A stretch of DNA of 64,000 bases from Octopus vulgaris (Eukaryota). Below, one piece after another: positions 52,545 through 64,000 of the stretch. Location: the NCBI GenBank assembly GCA_951406725.2, contig OX597814.1, positions 26,164,001 through 26,228,000 on the forward strand, given 5' to 3'. The position numbers and the translations under genes are program-made. Numbering within the stretch: the stretch's first letter is position 1; each line of letters starts with the position of its first letter. The notes under the pieces are model-generated. The model was not told the DNA's origin. It worked only from the letters and a program-made list of their open reading frames with translations, and searched no databases.

Positions 52545-52882
52545 ATATTGAGGCAAAGTGTTTAAGTTCCTTTCGAGTGTTGGGCCTTACAGAGGCAATG
52601 ACTGAGACCTTTGGCATTATGTCATGCTTGAGAAGAAGACCCATCAAGCCGAGCAAAATTGAAGTCATGGTAGATACTGGTGTCACACAAATGGCACCCA
52701 TGTCGGTGGCATGTAAAAGCACCCATTACACTCTCTGAGTGGTTAGCGTCAGGAAGGGCATCCAGCCATAGAAAACTATGCCAAATCAAACTGGTGTCTG
52801 GTGCAGCCTTCCAGCTTACCAGCCCTGGTCAAACCATCCAACTTACACCAGTATGGACAGCAGACATTAAATGATGATGATA
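52545..52882 (+). mobile_element. RTE 3' end fragment
   Basis: GGGCCTTACAGAGGCAATGAC.. homologous to about 17597-17640; tail CAGACATTAAATGATGATGAT. Confidence 0.8.
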
Positions 52883-52952
52883 ATATTAATCATAAGATTT
52901 GTCCTTCATTGTCTCCTGTCTATTTTCTTTTATACTTCTAAAATCAATTTGT

Positions 52953-53345
52953 TTATTACCACCGCCAAGGAAGGAGGTTATATTTTCATTGGCATTGGTT
53001 TGTCCGTCTGTCCATCTGTGTGCAAAATAACTCAAAAAGTTTTGAATGGTATTTGATGACTCTTGCAGAAAAAGTTGCTAATGACACAAGGAACAGATGG
53101 TGAAATTTTGGTAGTGACCCATGGATTGTTATGGATTCTTGAAGGATTTTTCATTTGTTATATTTACTTTACATGAAGTATTACAATGTTACGTTCTTTA
53201 ATTATCTCCCTTGAAAACACGTTCATTGTTTCCACTTAACCTATGGTGGCGTTGCTGATTCCAAAGTTTATTTTCATTTCTCTATTAGTAATTTTACTCG
53301 TATATCAATCTTAAAGTGAGCTACTTGGCAGAGGTCTGCAGAGGA
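52953..53345 (+). mobile_element. Helentron-associated (HINE/DINE-like) element
   Basis: TTATTACCACCGCCAAGG start, GTCT/GTCC microsatellite, subterminal IR CTTGGCAGAGGT; shorter related copy 53517-53620 ending CTTTTCTAGTTTT. Confidence 0.55.
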
Positions 53346-53989
53346 TGACATGACAAGCCTTGGCTATTGGGATCAACTCAAAAATCTCAGGCTTTGCTCC
53401 CTCCACTGCCGCTGTGAAACTAGCTTGCTGTTGTCATTGTTGTATTATAACTGCTTCAGATGATTCCTGTTTTTAAAGGGTTTTTTCAAAAAAATCATAT
53501 GGCTGTGTTATTTTTTTTAACCTTGCCAAGGAGGTTATGTTTTTGCCAGCGTTGGTTTGGGAAATTGGGCAATTTTCAGCATGCGTGTATATGGGTGGAA
53601 ATGAGTGCTTTTCTAGTTTTTTTATATTTTCATAAAATTAACATAATTTTCTAATCACCAACAACATTCCAAAACAAGTGTGTTTAACATTCATATAAGA
53701 ATTCATGTCAATAACTTCCATTTGCTTTATATAAATTCTATCATCCTCTTTAACTTGGAGTTTCAACCTAAAAGTTCCCTTAAAATGAAGTATGTATTTG
53801 CATCTAGTGACTACTTTTTTACAACTATAGCTTTTAGTCATTTGGAGGGCTAGAACATAAGTGCACATCTTCAAAAGACACACACACACACGCACACACA
53901 CACTACACACATACACACACACACTTGTTTAGGGTTCTATTCTTCCTGTTTGCATCAACAAACCTATACACACACGCACACGCACACAC

Positions 53990-55790
53990 CTAGAGAACAC
54001 CTGAAAGCTGCCCAAGGACCAGAGAAGAAGGAGAATGTGGAGGTGATGAAGGAAGAACTCTGTGCCACTGACAATGAGGCCAAAGAGGCAGCACTGATGG
54101 AGGAGATCAGAAATAAAGAGAGAGCGATTGATGGGTCTAGGTGTAAAGAGAGCTGGACAATCATCAATGAGATCACAGGGAGGAAGAAATGTAGTTCGAA
54201 TCAGATCCAGGGAACAAAGCCCAAGAAAAGAAAGAGTAAATTGCTGGACTACTAGGAGAGCTGCCATCCACAAACCAGAATAGTGGGGAGATCAGGCAGC
54301 TGTTTGAGGAACTGGATATTGAGTTAGGACCCTTCGTCAAAGAGGAGCTTCAGAGAGCCAAAAAGAAGATCAAGGAGGACAAGGCCCATGAAGAAGATAG
54401 AGTAGCACCAAAGGTGATGAGGAACTGTGATTTTGATGATATCATCTTAGAGTTATGTAACCAGGTACTGGAAAAAGAAGTTGCCCTGAATCAGTGGAGG
54501 ATCAGTAACATCATCCCAGTGCCAAAGAAGAGAAATTTCTTAACACCAACAACTACAGGAGGATCTCACTTGTCACTTGTGACAAAGACCCTCAGCAGGA
54601 TGATTCTTAACAGGATCCAACCCAAGATGGAGAAGAAGCTCAGGGACAACCAGAACGGTTTCAGAGAGAGAAGCAGGAAGATCTGAATGCTGAGGAGGAT
54701 ATAAGAGGGAGCTAAAGCAAGGAGTCTTCCTGCTATCATGGTTTTCATTGACTTTAGGAAGGCCTTTGATGCTGTGGACCATCACTGCCTGATGATCTTA
54801 CAGGTTTATGGAATCCCCAAGAGGATAGTGGACCTTATATCACTGCTCTACACGAACACCAAGCCCAAGTCATTACACTTGATGGGATGATGGAGTTCTT
54901 TGAGATACTGGCTGGAGTGCCAGTATTGGCTCCTTACTTTTTTCATCATTGCAGTGGACTATGGTATGTGCTTTGTGCTGGAGAAACACCAGGACTCTAG
55001 CTTTACTGTAGTGCTAGCTCAGAGCAGGAGGGCCAAGGCCAAAGAGATGCTGAATTTGCTGATAACATAGTTCTGGGGACAAACACAGTAGAGGAGGCAG
55101 AGGAGTTGATGCAATAGGTGGAAACTGTGTCAATGAGTGTGGGGTTGAAAATGAATGTGAATAAAACAAAGTATCAGGTAGAGAACATTAAGAAGCCAGA
55201 GAAGATTATGAATGTAGGCAGGAAGTCACTAGAGTTGGTTGAGGACTTCCTGTATCTAGGAACAAAGATTGGGAACACAGAGGATGATATAGCTGAGAGG
55301 AAGAGCAAAGCCTGAGCAGCATGCCACAGTTTGAGATCTGTATGGAGGTCAGACCTTCATAAAGATATGAAGATCTGTCTCTTCATTGCTGCAGTGGAGT
55401 CTGTGCAGTTGTACGGGTCTGAGACTTGGACACTGACCAAGAAACTCACTCAGATTGTGGATGCATGCTACACAAGAATACTGAGGATTGCTCTGAATAT
55501 TAATCAGTATACACTGAGTATGAAGAACTCAGAGCTGTATGAGAGCCTTCCAAAAGTTAGCTAAAAAAAACACAGAGGAGACTGAGGTTAGCTGGACATG
55601 CTCACCGTCATTCAGAGTTGATACCACACTCAGTTCTCCTGTGGGAACCCCTACATGGACACACTAGAAGAGGGAGACCGAGGATGACATATGTTGATGC
55701 TATAAGGACAGACACTGGTCTCTGAGAGACACAGGACATGGTAATGATGGTGAGAGACAAGGACTGCTGAAGAGAACTCGTCCATGAATC
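53990..55790 (+). mobile_element. Decayed RTE-like LINE of a different family (RT region)
   Basis: IIPVPKK, DNQNGFRE, FIDFRKAFDAVDH, EFADNI, FLYLG, LYGSETWTLTK, LAGHAHRH across frameshifts. Confidence 0.85.
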
Positions 55791-56644
55791 TTTAGAATTT
55801 TACCTGCCCTAGAACAGAAAAATATATATATATGCCAAGAAAGAGAGAGAGAGAGAGAGTGGAAGAGGGTAGGTAGACCTTCTTCAGAGGACATACTTTA
55901 TATTCTATATGAAACTCTGTATCATTTATGTTCTGGGTGATATAATGTTTTTAATAGAAATTGAGGCTATATGAAGCAACAAAATGCAAATCACTGATTG
56001 ATTGTGGAATAAAGTAAGCTGAAAACTATTATCTTTTTTTAAGCAGCTGCATTCAAAATGAATTTCACTATACCATGCCAGAAATCTCTGTTTCCCCAGT
56101 TGTTTTGGTATGTCCTCAATTTCATGTTGTGTGTGCCTGCTAATAACATCAATGCAGTTTGAATGATTTTTGTCCTCTATTAACATGTGGTTTCCACAAT
56201 AGCAGGGAACTATACAAAGTAGCTAAATGGAAAGTGAGGCATTGTTGTCATTTAGCCCTGTGTCAGCCGCCATTGAGCAAATCTATGATGAGAAACTTTC
56301 AACCTTAACTATCTCATCATTTTAGATATTATTCATCTTGCACACCAATATTATATCCTTTTGTTTAAAGGTATTTGGGTATGATTTGAGGGTGATTTGG
56401 CATCTATTTATAACAGGTTGGCATGTAAAAAAGTAACAACCTAATGCAATGAAAGCAGAAAACTCAGAAATTGTTTTCCAAATATTATGCAACTTTATTG
56501 TATAGTTACAGTTTTGTTTTGGTTCACCAACATAATCAGTACAACAGAATATGGTGGCACCACATAAGTATTGCTTTATACCATGACAGTCCAAACTACT
56601 ACCTGTAAATATGGAAACCTGTAGGTGCAGGTGTGTCTGTGAAG

Positions 56645-57060
56645 GTGCAGATATGGCTGTGTGATAAGAAGTTTGCTTCCCAAGCTCACGATTCTGTGTT
56701 CAGTTTCAAAGAATTGCATCTTGGGCAAGTGTCTTCTACTATAGCCCTAAGCCAGTTAAAGCTTTGTGAGTGTATTTAGAAAATGGTAATCGAAGAAGCC
56801 CATCCTGTATATATGAATGTGTGTGTTTTACTGTCTCCTTGCCTTGGCTTCATGTAATAGTTGTAAACAAGTGCCACTCCCATGCAAGTGATGTCTTTCC
56901 TTTCCAATTTTCTGTGAAAAACATTTCTAGTCATGAGAAAATATTGCCTTATTTGGAAGCAGGTGAGGGTTGGTGACAGGAAGGGCATCTAGCTATAAAT
57001 CTACCTCAACAAATTCCATCTGGCCCATTTGAATGTGGAAAAGTAGGCATTAAAATGATG
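56645..57060 (+). mobile_element. tRNA-headed SINE (family A head, RTE-type tail)
   Basis: GGTGCAGATATGGCTGTGTG head, CTTGGGCAAGTGTCTTCTACTATAGCC core, tail GGCATTAAAATGATG. Confidence 0.8.
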
Positions 57061-57712
57061 CTGTACACACACACACACACATTATTAATTAATAGTGACA
57101 GCTACTATGCATGACAGCTGCTAAATAACAACTATTGCGCAAAAACAAGCATACATATTGTACTAGGTTTTCTGATGTATAAAAGAAAGTGAGTTGCATT
57201 TTAAATGGTAACATGAAGATAAACTATATTTGCAGAATATATTGGTATGGACTTGAAATACATAGAATTTAGTTTGGATATTCCTCCTAAGTGGAAATGT
57301 AATCTTTATTACATTAAGAGTAAAGAATATTATGTCATCTAGTAAGCAGTGAGATTACTAAGTGTGAGAAAATGACTTGAACAGTTGTGAAACTGTATTT
57401 GGAGTTAATTGTAGCAATAGATGTTAAATATTCTATGATAAAATAACAGTTTGTGAGTTTGCAGGAATGGTTTTCTGATGATAGGATATAAATTAAGGCA
57501 TTAATAAATCTCCGAACGAGATATAAACAGTAACCGCTTGACAACGTAAAGTGTACTAGCCATCTGAATGTGGCTAGCCACTGGGGGTGGGGTGTTACTG
57601 ACGCTTTTAGCCCCAGGAGATCAACGTCTCCAGCTGGCCTTAGACGCAATTTCAGTGCCCTTGTGTTATTTGCAAAGGGAAGTCATCCTCCCTCGAAAAC
57701 CTAAGTGATACA

Positions 57713-57753
57713 TACGGACTATAGTTTCAAGGTATTTGCCTCTCGTCAACGCA
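57713..57753 (-). ncRNA. Type I hammerhead ribozyme motif (left arm)
   Basis: Minus strand tgcg-TTGACGA-gagg-caaata-cctt-GAAA-ctatag-TC-cgta. Confidence 0.7.
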
Positions 57754-57924
57754 TGGTAAACACCGGTTTTCGATGAAGGAAACCTTTGCAAATAATATTT
57801 AACGTTTTTCCCAGCAACCACAGTTACTGATTTAGAGTTTTTCTAAATCAGTGACTGTGGTTGCTGGGAAAAACGTTTAATATTATTTGCAAAGGTCTCC
57901 TTCATCGAAAACCGGTGTTTACCA

Positions 57925-57965
57925 TGTGTTGACGAGAGGCAAATACCTTGAAACTATAGTCCGTA
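57925..57965 (+). ncRNA. Type I hammerhead ribozyme motif (right arm)
   Basis: tgtg-TTGACGA-gagg-caaata-cctt-GAAA-ctatag-TC-cgta; palindromic stem III, GUC triplet, position 3 is U rather than C. Confidence 0.7.
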
Positions 57966-60929
57966 TGTATCACTTAGGTTTTTGAGGGAGGATGACCTCC
58001 CTTTGCAAATAATACAAGGGCACTGAAATTGCGTCTAAGGCCAGCTGGAGATGTTGATCTCCTGGGGCTAAAAGCGTCAGTAACACCCCACCCCCAGTGG
58101 CTAGCCACATTCAGATGGCTAGTACACTTTACGTAGTATATAAATTCTTTTAGTTAAAGTACATATCTGACTCTGAAAGTAGAGCTTATAACAGCTTATC
58201 AGTGAGAGCATGCTACAGTACAGAAATCTCATATCTGTCAGTGGTGAAGATACTCTAGGGGAAACTGAAATGGTCAACTCTGATCAGACTCATAACTAAA
58301 GTCTTTCCATCTTTAAGTGGTATCTAAGAAATGCATTATTCAGTGTGTTCCTCTCATTAAGGCAAGAGGATGTGATTTGAGGTTACTGTTTCTGGCAAAT
58401 CAAACAACCATGTAGAGTCTCTTTATGGCCAAAGAAATTTTGACTTTATAGAAATAAAACAGAAATGAGACTTATAAATAATAGCCTTACTAACATTCTA
58501 AAGTAGGAACTAAACTGGTGGTGATAGTGATGGTGTGACAACAGCAATGATGGTGGCAGTAACGGTAGTAATGATGATGATGATAGCAGTGATGGTGATG
58601 GTGGCGGTAATGAGCATAATGATATGTTGGCATATTGAAAAAGGAAAATAGATAAGGATGACAATGACACAAAATGGTTCTTAAATAACCTGTATCAATA
58701 GATATTTCAGTGACGTTAGAACATATTACAATCACTTTTCTCAGCTTCAAACGTAAATTCTCCTCTCAATTGGTATTGCCTAGAAACTCTTTTCTTGAAG
58801 TTGCTACTAACTTGCAGTTTGAAACAAAACAAAAAAGGGAAAATTCTAAAATTGAGCTTACTTAACATGATCACCACTTTACATCAGAAGGGAATTTCTA
58901 GGCTATAGTTGCAATTCACCCTCTTTGGAACACAGAGGAATCAATGAATGAATGAATAAATAAATAAATAGATAAAATAATAAAATAACAGTAAAATCTC
59001 TGATTTTCAAAATCACTCCACTCAGACACAATAGTTACCGTCAGAAATTTTGTCAAAACTAGATCATGCTTCAAACATATAAAAATGGATTAAATCATAG
59101 ATTTACATGTAGCAATACAGAAATACACAAAGCTTTTTGAATGCAAATACTTAAAGGCATTAACATGTTGAAGATAAAAATGTAAACATTTGATTGATTT
59201 CTGCTATTTTAATCATTAATCCATAATTCTTGAAAGAAAACAATCAAAGATGTCAGTGGTAAAATCAAAGTGACTTTACATGTTATTTTGTTATTGAAAT
59301 TCATTTTACAAATATTTCTTATTGTATAAGATACTAAAATTATAAATCAACAATGTGGTTTAATAATTCTTATATATATGAACAAACAATAATTCTTACA
59401 ATTCAATACTGTTTGTTTCTTATATATTTCATTTGATGAAGAGATCATACTTCTCAATGACAAAAATAATGTATTGTTTTGTTTTTGCTTTTGTTATTTG
59501 TGTTTGTGTGTGTGTGTTCCCTGTAAAGAATCAAAGCAACAACAAAATCCTCAAACAGACTGTAGTAAATAATAGCTATATAATAATACATAGTGATCTC
59601 TGAGATAACATAAAATATAGTCCCCAATTTGCACTTTACTAACATCTTTCAATTCAGGTGTTTCATTATCCTCCTTTTACATTATTATAAAACAAGTTTT
59701 TTTTGTTTTATTTTTAATAATAGAATAATCATAAATATATCATCTATAGTTTTTCCTATCTAGAAAAACCAAAACAATCTACAGTAAAATATTTAGAAAG
59801 AAATAATTGAATGGGAATTGTTATTGTTCAATAGAATATGTCACAAAAAAAATCATATTAAACTGATACTTAAAAATGAATAAGTTTGGTTAATATGTTA
59901 TTTGCTAAGAATAATTGTATTTATGTAAAATACCCAAGAATCCAAGGAGAGTAGAGGTGGCTTGTGCCAGCAAAAATTACACAATGTAAGTTCACAAGCT
60001 TAACTAAGTTGTTGCTCTATGAGAAAAAAGAATAATGGGACATTTTGGGAGTGATGTGCAAATTCTTTCTGTCAGATAACAAGCTAGTCCTGAAATGTTT
60101 GATTCCACATCTTCCCTTAATATGCCTATGTATCCAAACACATGAACATAATTATAATATTAATTTAATCTCCAAATGTGAAACCAACATCCATTGCTGA
60201 AATTTCAATTTTGTTCTTTTTTCTATTTTTAGGAATATATTATATTTCTTATGAATGATAAAGATCTCACTGTGTTAATCAATGTAAATAAATGTCTAAA
60301 TATAAGTACCAATATGACTGCTATTACATATTGTATTTTGATTGACTTTAAACCATAAACTAAACAGGATACTATCTGAAGGCTTCAAATTTTCTCAATG
60401 AAATTGTTAGATCTTGGTTCGGACAATAGGTTTGAATAAGAAACAAAGTAGCATATAAGTATAATTCAAATTATAAATGTAACATGAAGAATTAAAAATA
60501 GTAACACAATGACCTTTAAATTGAGGTATTTGTTACCATCTGATATCAAAGCTGACAAAATGAGTCCTTAATGTTTGGAATCTAGACAAACAAGTTGAGA
60601 AATGCTTGTTGACTTGACTAAAAAGTAAATTTCTTAGAACTATAAATACTCCCATGTCATATTTAATGTATGTAAATGTTAAATAGCAGTACAATATGAT
60701 ATATATATTTTGAAGCAAACATTAAATGAGATGGAAGATCTTACTGTGTTTGACATTAGTAGAATAGCTTATCCAGATAGCACTAAGTGGCTGATGAACT
60801 ATCTTGTGGTTAGAAAATAGTAAAGAAGTATCAGAAAAAAGATTTATAGTACTTAATTTAAGCATATAGTACAGCAGGTACTTTATCTTGTAATGTGATA
60901 ATGTGGAAAACAATAACTATGAGGTTTGA

Positions 60930-63414
60930 TCACGTTTGAATGGTGCTTTTTACTTGCCACCGGCACGGAAGCCAGTCCACTGCTCTGGCAGAAGTCATGC
61001 TCAGTTAGTGCTCTTAGTGCACCACTGGCATGGGAGCCAGTCATTGAATTTGCCTCAACAGGTCTTCACAAGCAGAGTTTAGTGTCCAATGAAGGAAAGG
61101 TATGCATAAGTGGGCTGGTTTGCCTGCCTTCCTACTTATTGGGACTTTGGTTTTAGCTAGGTTGACTCTAAGGCCCTTCAATTCTAATCCTTGTTTCCAC
61201 ACTTGAAACTTCTCTAGTTCTAATAATGACTCAGCAATTAGAGCAAGGTCATCAGCATAGAGGAGGCATCCTGTCTTAAATTCCTCCGTTATTGCCTGGA
61301 GAACTATGATAAATAAGAGGGGGCTGAGGACTGAACCTTGGTGGACCCCTACCTCTACTTGGAATTCTTCACTGTAACCCTCACCTTACTGACAGCATCC
61401 CTGTACATGGCTTGCACAGCTCTCACTAACCATTCATCTATCTCTAGTTCCCTCATTGACCACCAGATAAGGGATTGGGGGACCCTGTCAAACGCTTTCT
61501 CCATGTCAACAAAAGTCAGGTACAGATGTTTATCTTTGGCTAGGTATTTCTCCAGCAGCTGTCTTACCAGAACTATAGCATCAGTAGTGCTTTTCCCTGG
61601 CCCGAACCCAAACTACATCTCATCTAAACTGACTCTATCCCTAATTAGTTGGGCTATGACCCGCTCCGTAACCTTCATTACCTGATACAACAACTTGATA
61701 CCTCTGTAATTATTTGTATCTAAAGCATCACCTTTACCTTTGTAGCAGTTAACTGTAGTACTACTACGCCAATCATTAGGTATTACTCCTTCGTGTATCA
61801 CCTGGTTAACTGTACAGGTGAGTAGGCTATAGCCGACACTCCCAGATATTTTGAGCATCTCTGCAGTGATTCCTGATGGTCCGGGGGATTTCTCTGTCTT
61901 CATATTCTTAATTGCTTTATCTACTGAGGTACTGTCAACTTAGATAGCTGGTCCCTCTGTTGGGTCAACATTCGGCAGACTCTCTTTCTCCCATTAATTT
62001 TCTTTATTGAGCAACCTTTCGTAGTGGTGTCTCCAAACCTCTCTCTTTGCAGCCTCATCTAGTGCAAGTGAACCATCATCTATACGAACACATTTCTCTC
62101 CTACAACATCACAATTCTCTCTTACACACTGTGTTGCAACACGAAATACCTCAATTCTTTGGTCCTCATGGTGCAGAACATTGGCAAATTTTTTCTTATC
62201 TGCTTCTCCTTTGGCTAAATAAACCTGCCTCCTAGCTTCCCTTTTGGCAGTCTGATACAATTCCCTGCTACCACTGTTCTTCCAGTCCTTCCAAGCCTGT
62301 TTCTTTTCTCCAATAGCCCTGTCAACAACATTGTTCCACCACCATGTTATTTTGGGTCAAGAGGGGACTTTGCACCATCCACAGATCTGGTCAGTGGCCC
62401 TCATCAGGTTGTCCCATAGAAACCTCCAGTTGTCTTCTACATCGTGTGAAGCTATATCCCCTTCTAAATCATCAAAGGCTTCGAGTAATATGTCTCTAAA
62501 TCTCTGTCCATTTGCAGGATCTTTAAGCTTCCAGACCCTTCTCCTCCATGCTGGTCGTTTTTTGAGCATTCATTTAGCCCTGATACTGAAGTCACTAACT
62601 ACCAGTCTATGTTGTGGGGTACATTCTTCAACTGGGAAGGTTTTGGCATTTATAAGCAACCATCTTTCCCTTTTTCTGGCAAGGATGTAGTCAATTTGGC
62701 TAGTGTGTTTACCAGAACAGTAGGTGACTAGGTGACTGGCAGGTTTTCTGAAGTTATTATTGCAAACTATAAGATCATTTGCATCGCAGAACTCCAGCAG
62801 CCTGGTTCCCTCTTCATTGCAGGAACCAAAACCATAGCCTCCATGTATGCCATGGAAAACCCCTGTATGTTGTCCATCATGTCCATTGAAGTCACCAGCC
62901 ACAAAAAGAATGTCATGTCATTCGTCAAGGCAGTAGTCTGCAAGAGGGTGTCATAGAATCGGTCTTTCTGTCCATCAGGTAACCCCAGCTGAGAAGCATA
63001 GGCCGAGATAATGGTTGCTGACCCATGATAAAGCACTAACCTAATCTTAAGTATTCTGTTGCATACTCTGACTACCTCAATTACCTTATCCACCCATTTC
63101 TCCGTAAGAAGTATACCCACACCCCCAACCCTGTCTGTTTTCCCTGCCCAGAAAATCCTGTACCCGTGTTCTTTACTTGTGAGGAACCTAGCAGAACCTA
63201 ATCCTCTCCACCTTACTTCTTGGATGCAGCACATATCGACACATCTCCATTCAAGCATCTCAACAATCTCATGAGACCTACCTTTCAGTGTGCCGACGTT
63301 GAGAGTGCCAATCCTGAGGGTGTGGGAGGTATGGGCCCTTGAGGCCCTGGGATGGGGGACAGCAGCATCATGTACCTGAAAAGAGAGCTCGCATCTGGCA
63401 GAATTCATAAACAA
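60930..63414 (-). mobile_element. RTE-clade LINE (APE + RT), decayed, 3' part deleted
   Basis: LRIGTLNVGTL, CIQEVRW, IISAYA, AGDFNGH, SQIDYIL, QHRLVV, KSPGPSG, KGKGDALDTNNYRGIKLL, YADD near 61250; 3' UTR piece 60930-61125. Confidence 0.93.
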
Positions 63415-63439
63415 ACAATAGCCTTAAGTTCAACCTGCG

Positions 63440-63745
63440 TACACTACAAGGCCAGGTTCAATAATCACACTTTGAGCTTCAGGCACTGAGATAAAAGGAA
63501 AACAGCCAAATTATCCAGTCATATATGGTCCTTATAAGATAAAGGTGTCAGTTACAACATCCATTGGAAGATCTTAGCCAAGTGTAAGCTCTACACCAAT
63601 GGCAGTGGAAAGTGCAGTCTTTGTGATATGGAAAGATGGCTCATCTGGAAAAGCAGCTTAGACCCCACCACATGTCTAAATTCAAGAACTGAACTTTTCA
63701 GACCATGTCCATATGTGGCTGAATATTTGTTACGTTTTTGACCCT
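63440..63745 (+). pseudogene. PLE GIY-YIG C-terminal remnant
   Basis: YKARFNNHTLSFRH*..KLSSHIWSL*D..YNIHWKIL..KCSLCDMER..LNSRTEL..CP parallels the C-terminus of ORF 26035-27270. Confidence 0.75.
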
Positions 63746-64000
63746 CCACCCTGAGATTACAGATAGGACTTGCTTTCTATATTGTGTCCATGAACAAGCT
63801 TTTCATCTCTCTATACTTTTTACTTATATTGCTTATATATTTTTAATATATTTTTTTTACATATTTATAGAGATATTGTTTTATAGGCTTATTGCTCGTA
63901 TACTTTTTACACATATTTCTTCTGTATTCTACCTTCCACTCTGCATTTTCCCTGTGCGTATATAGACATGCATATGGAATCATTTGTGTGCATGTGTAGA

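Larger units (their letters stand above)
57544..58134. repeat. 591-bp near-perfect fold-back palindrome, centre 57839
   Basis: Arms of about 293 bp with only a handful of mismatches, 5-nt loop GTTTT. Confidence 0.97.

Overview
AT-rich eukaryotic (metazoan) genomic DNA packed with microsatellites and interspersed repeats; the repeat repertoire (tRNA-headed SINEs with internal (TA/TG)n, RTE LINEs with (GAT)n tails, many Penelope-derived pieces) looks like an octopus/cephalopod genome, which is inference from recalled repeat types. No host protein-coding exon can be supported; most listed ORFs are microsatellite or decayed-TE artefacts. Solid features: a near-intact Penelope-like element (RT + GIY-YIG, 46761-48914) with an inverted pseudo-LTR carrying a minimal hammerhead ribozyme; two further PLE fragments; five decayed RTE-type LINEs; three non-autonomous Helitrons; a decayed hAT transposase; MITEs; many SINEs; and a 28S rRNA 3'-end fragment fused to a SINE. 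Most notable: (i) several unrelated fold-back palindromes of 0.15-1 kb whose arms carry outward-pointing hammerhead-like motifs, matching the architecture of the autonomous PLE; (ii) a tRNA-headed SINE-like element ending in a hammerhead-bearing PLE-type tail; (iii) a Helitron whose 5' part is a 22-bp-period array of about 21 perfect GCGCATGCGC (NRF1/Ewg-type) palindromes about 1.9 kb upstream of a putative promoter/first exon.
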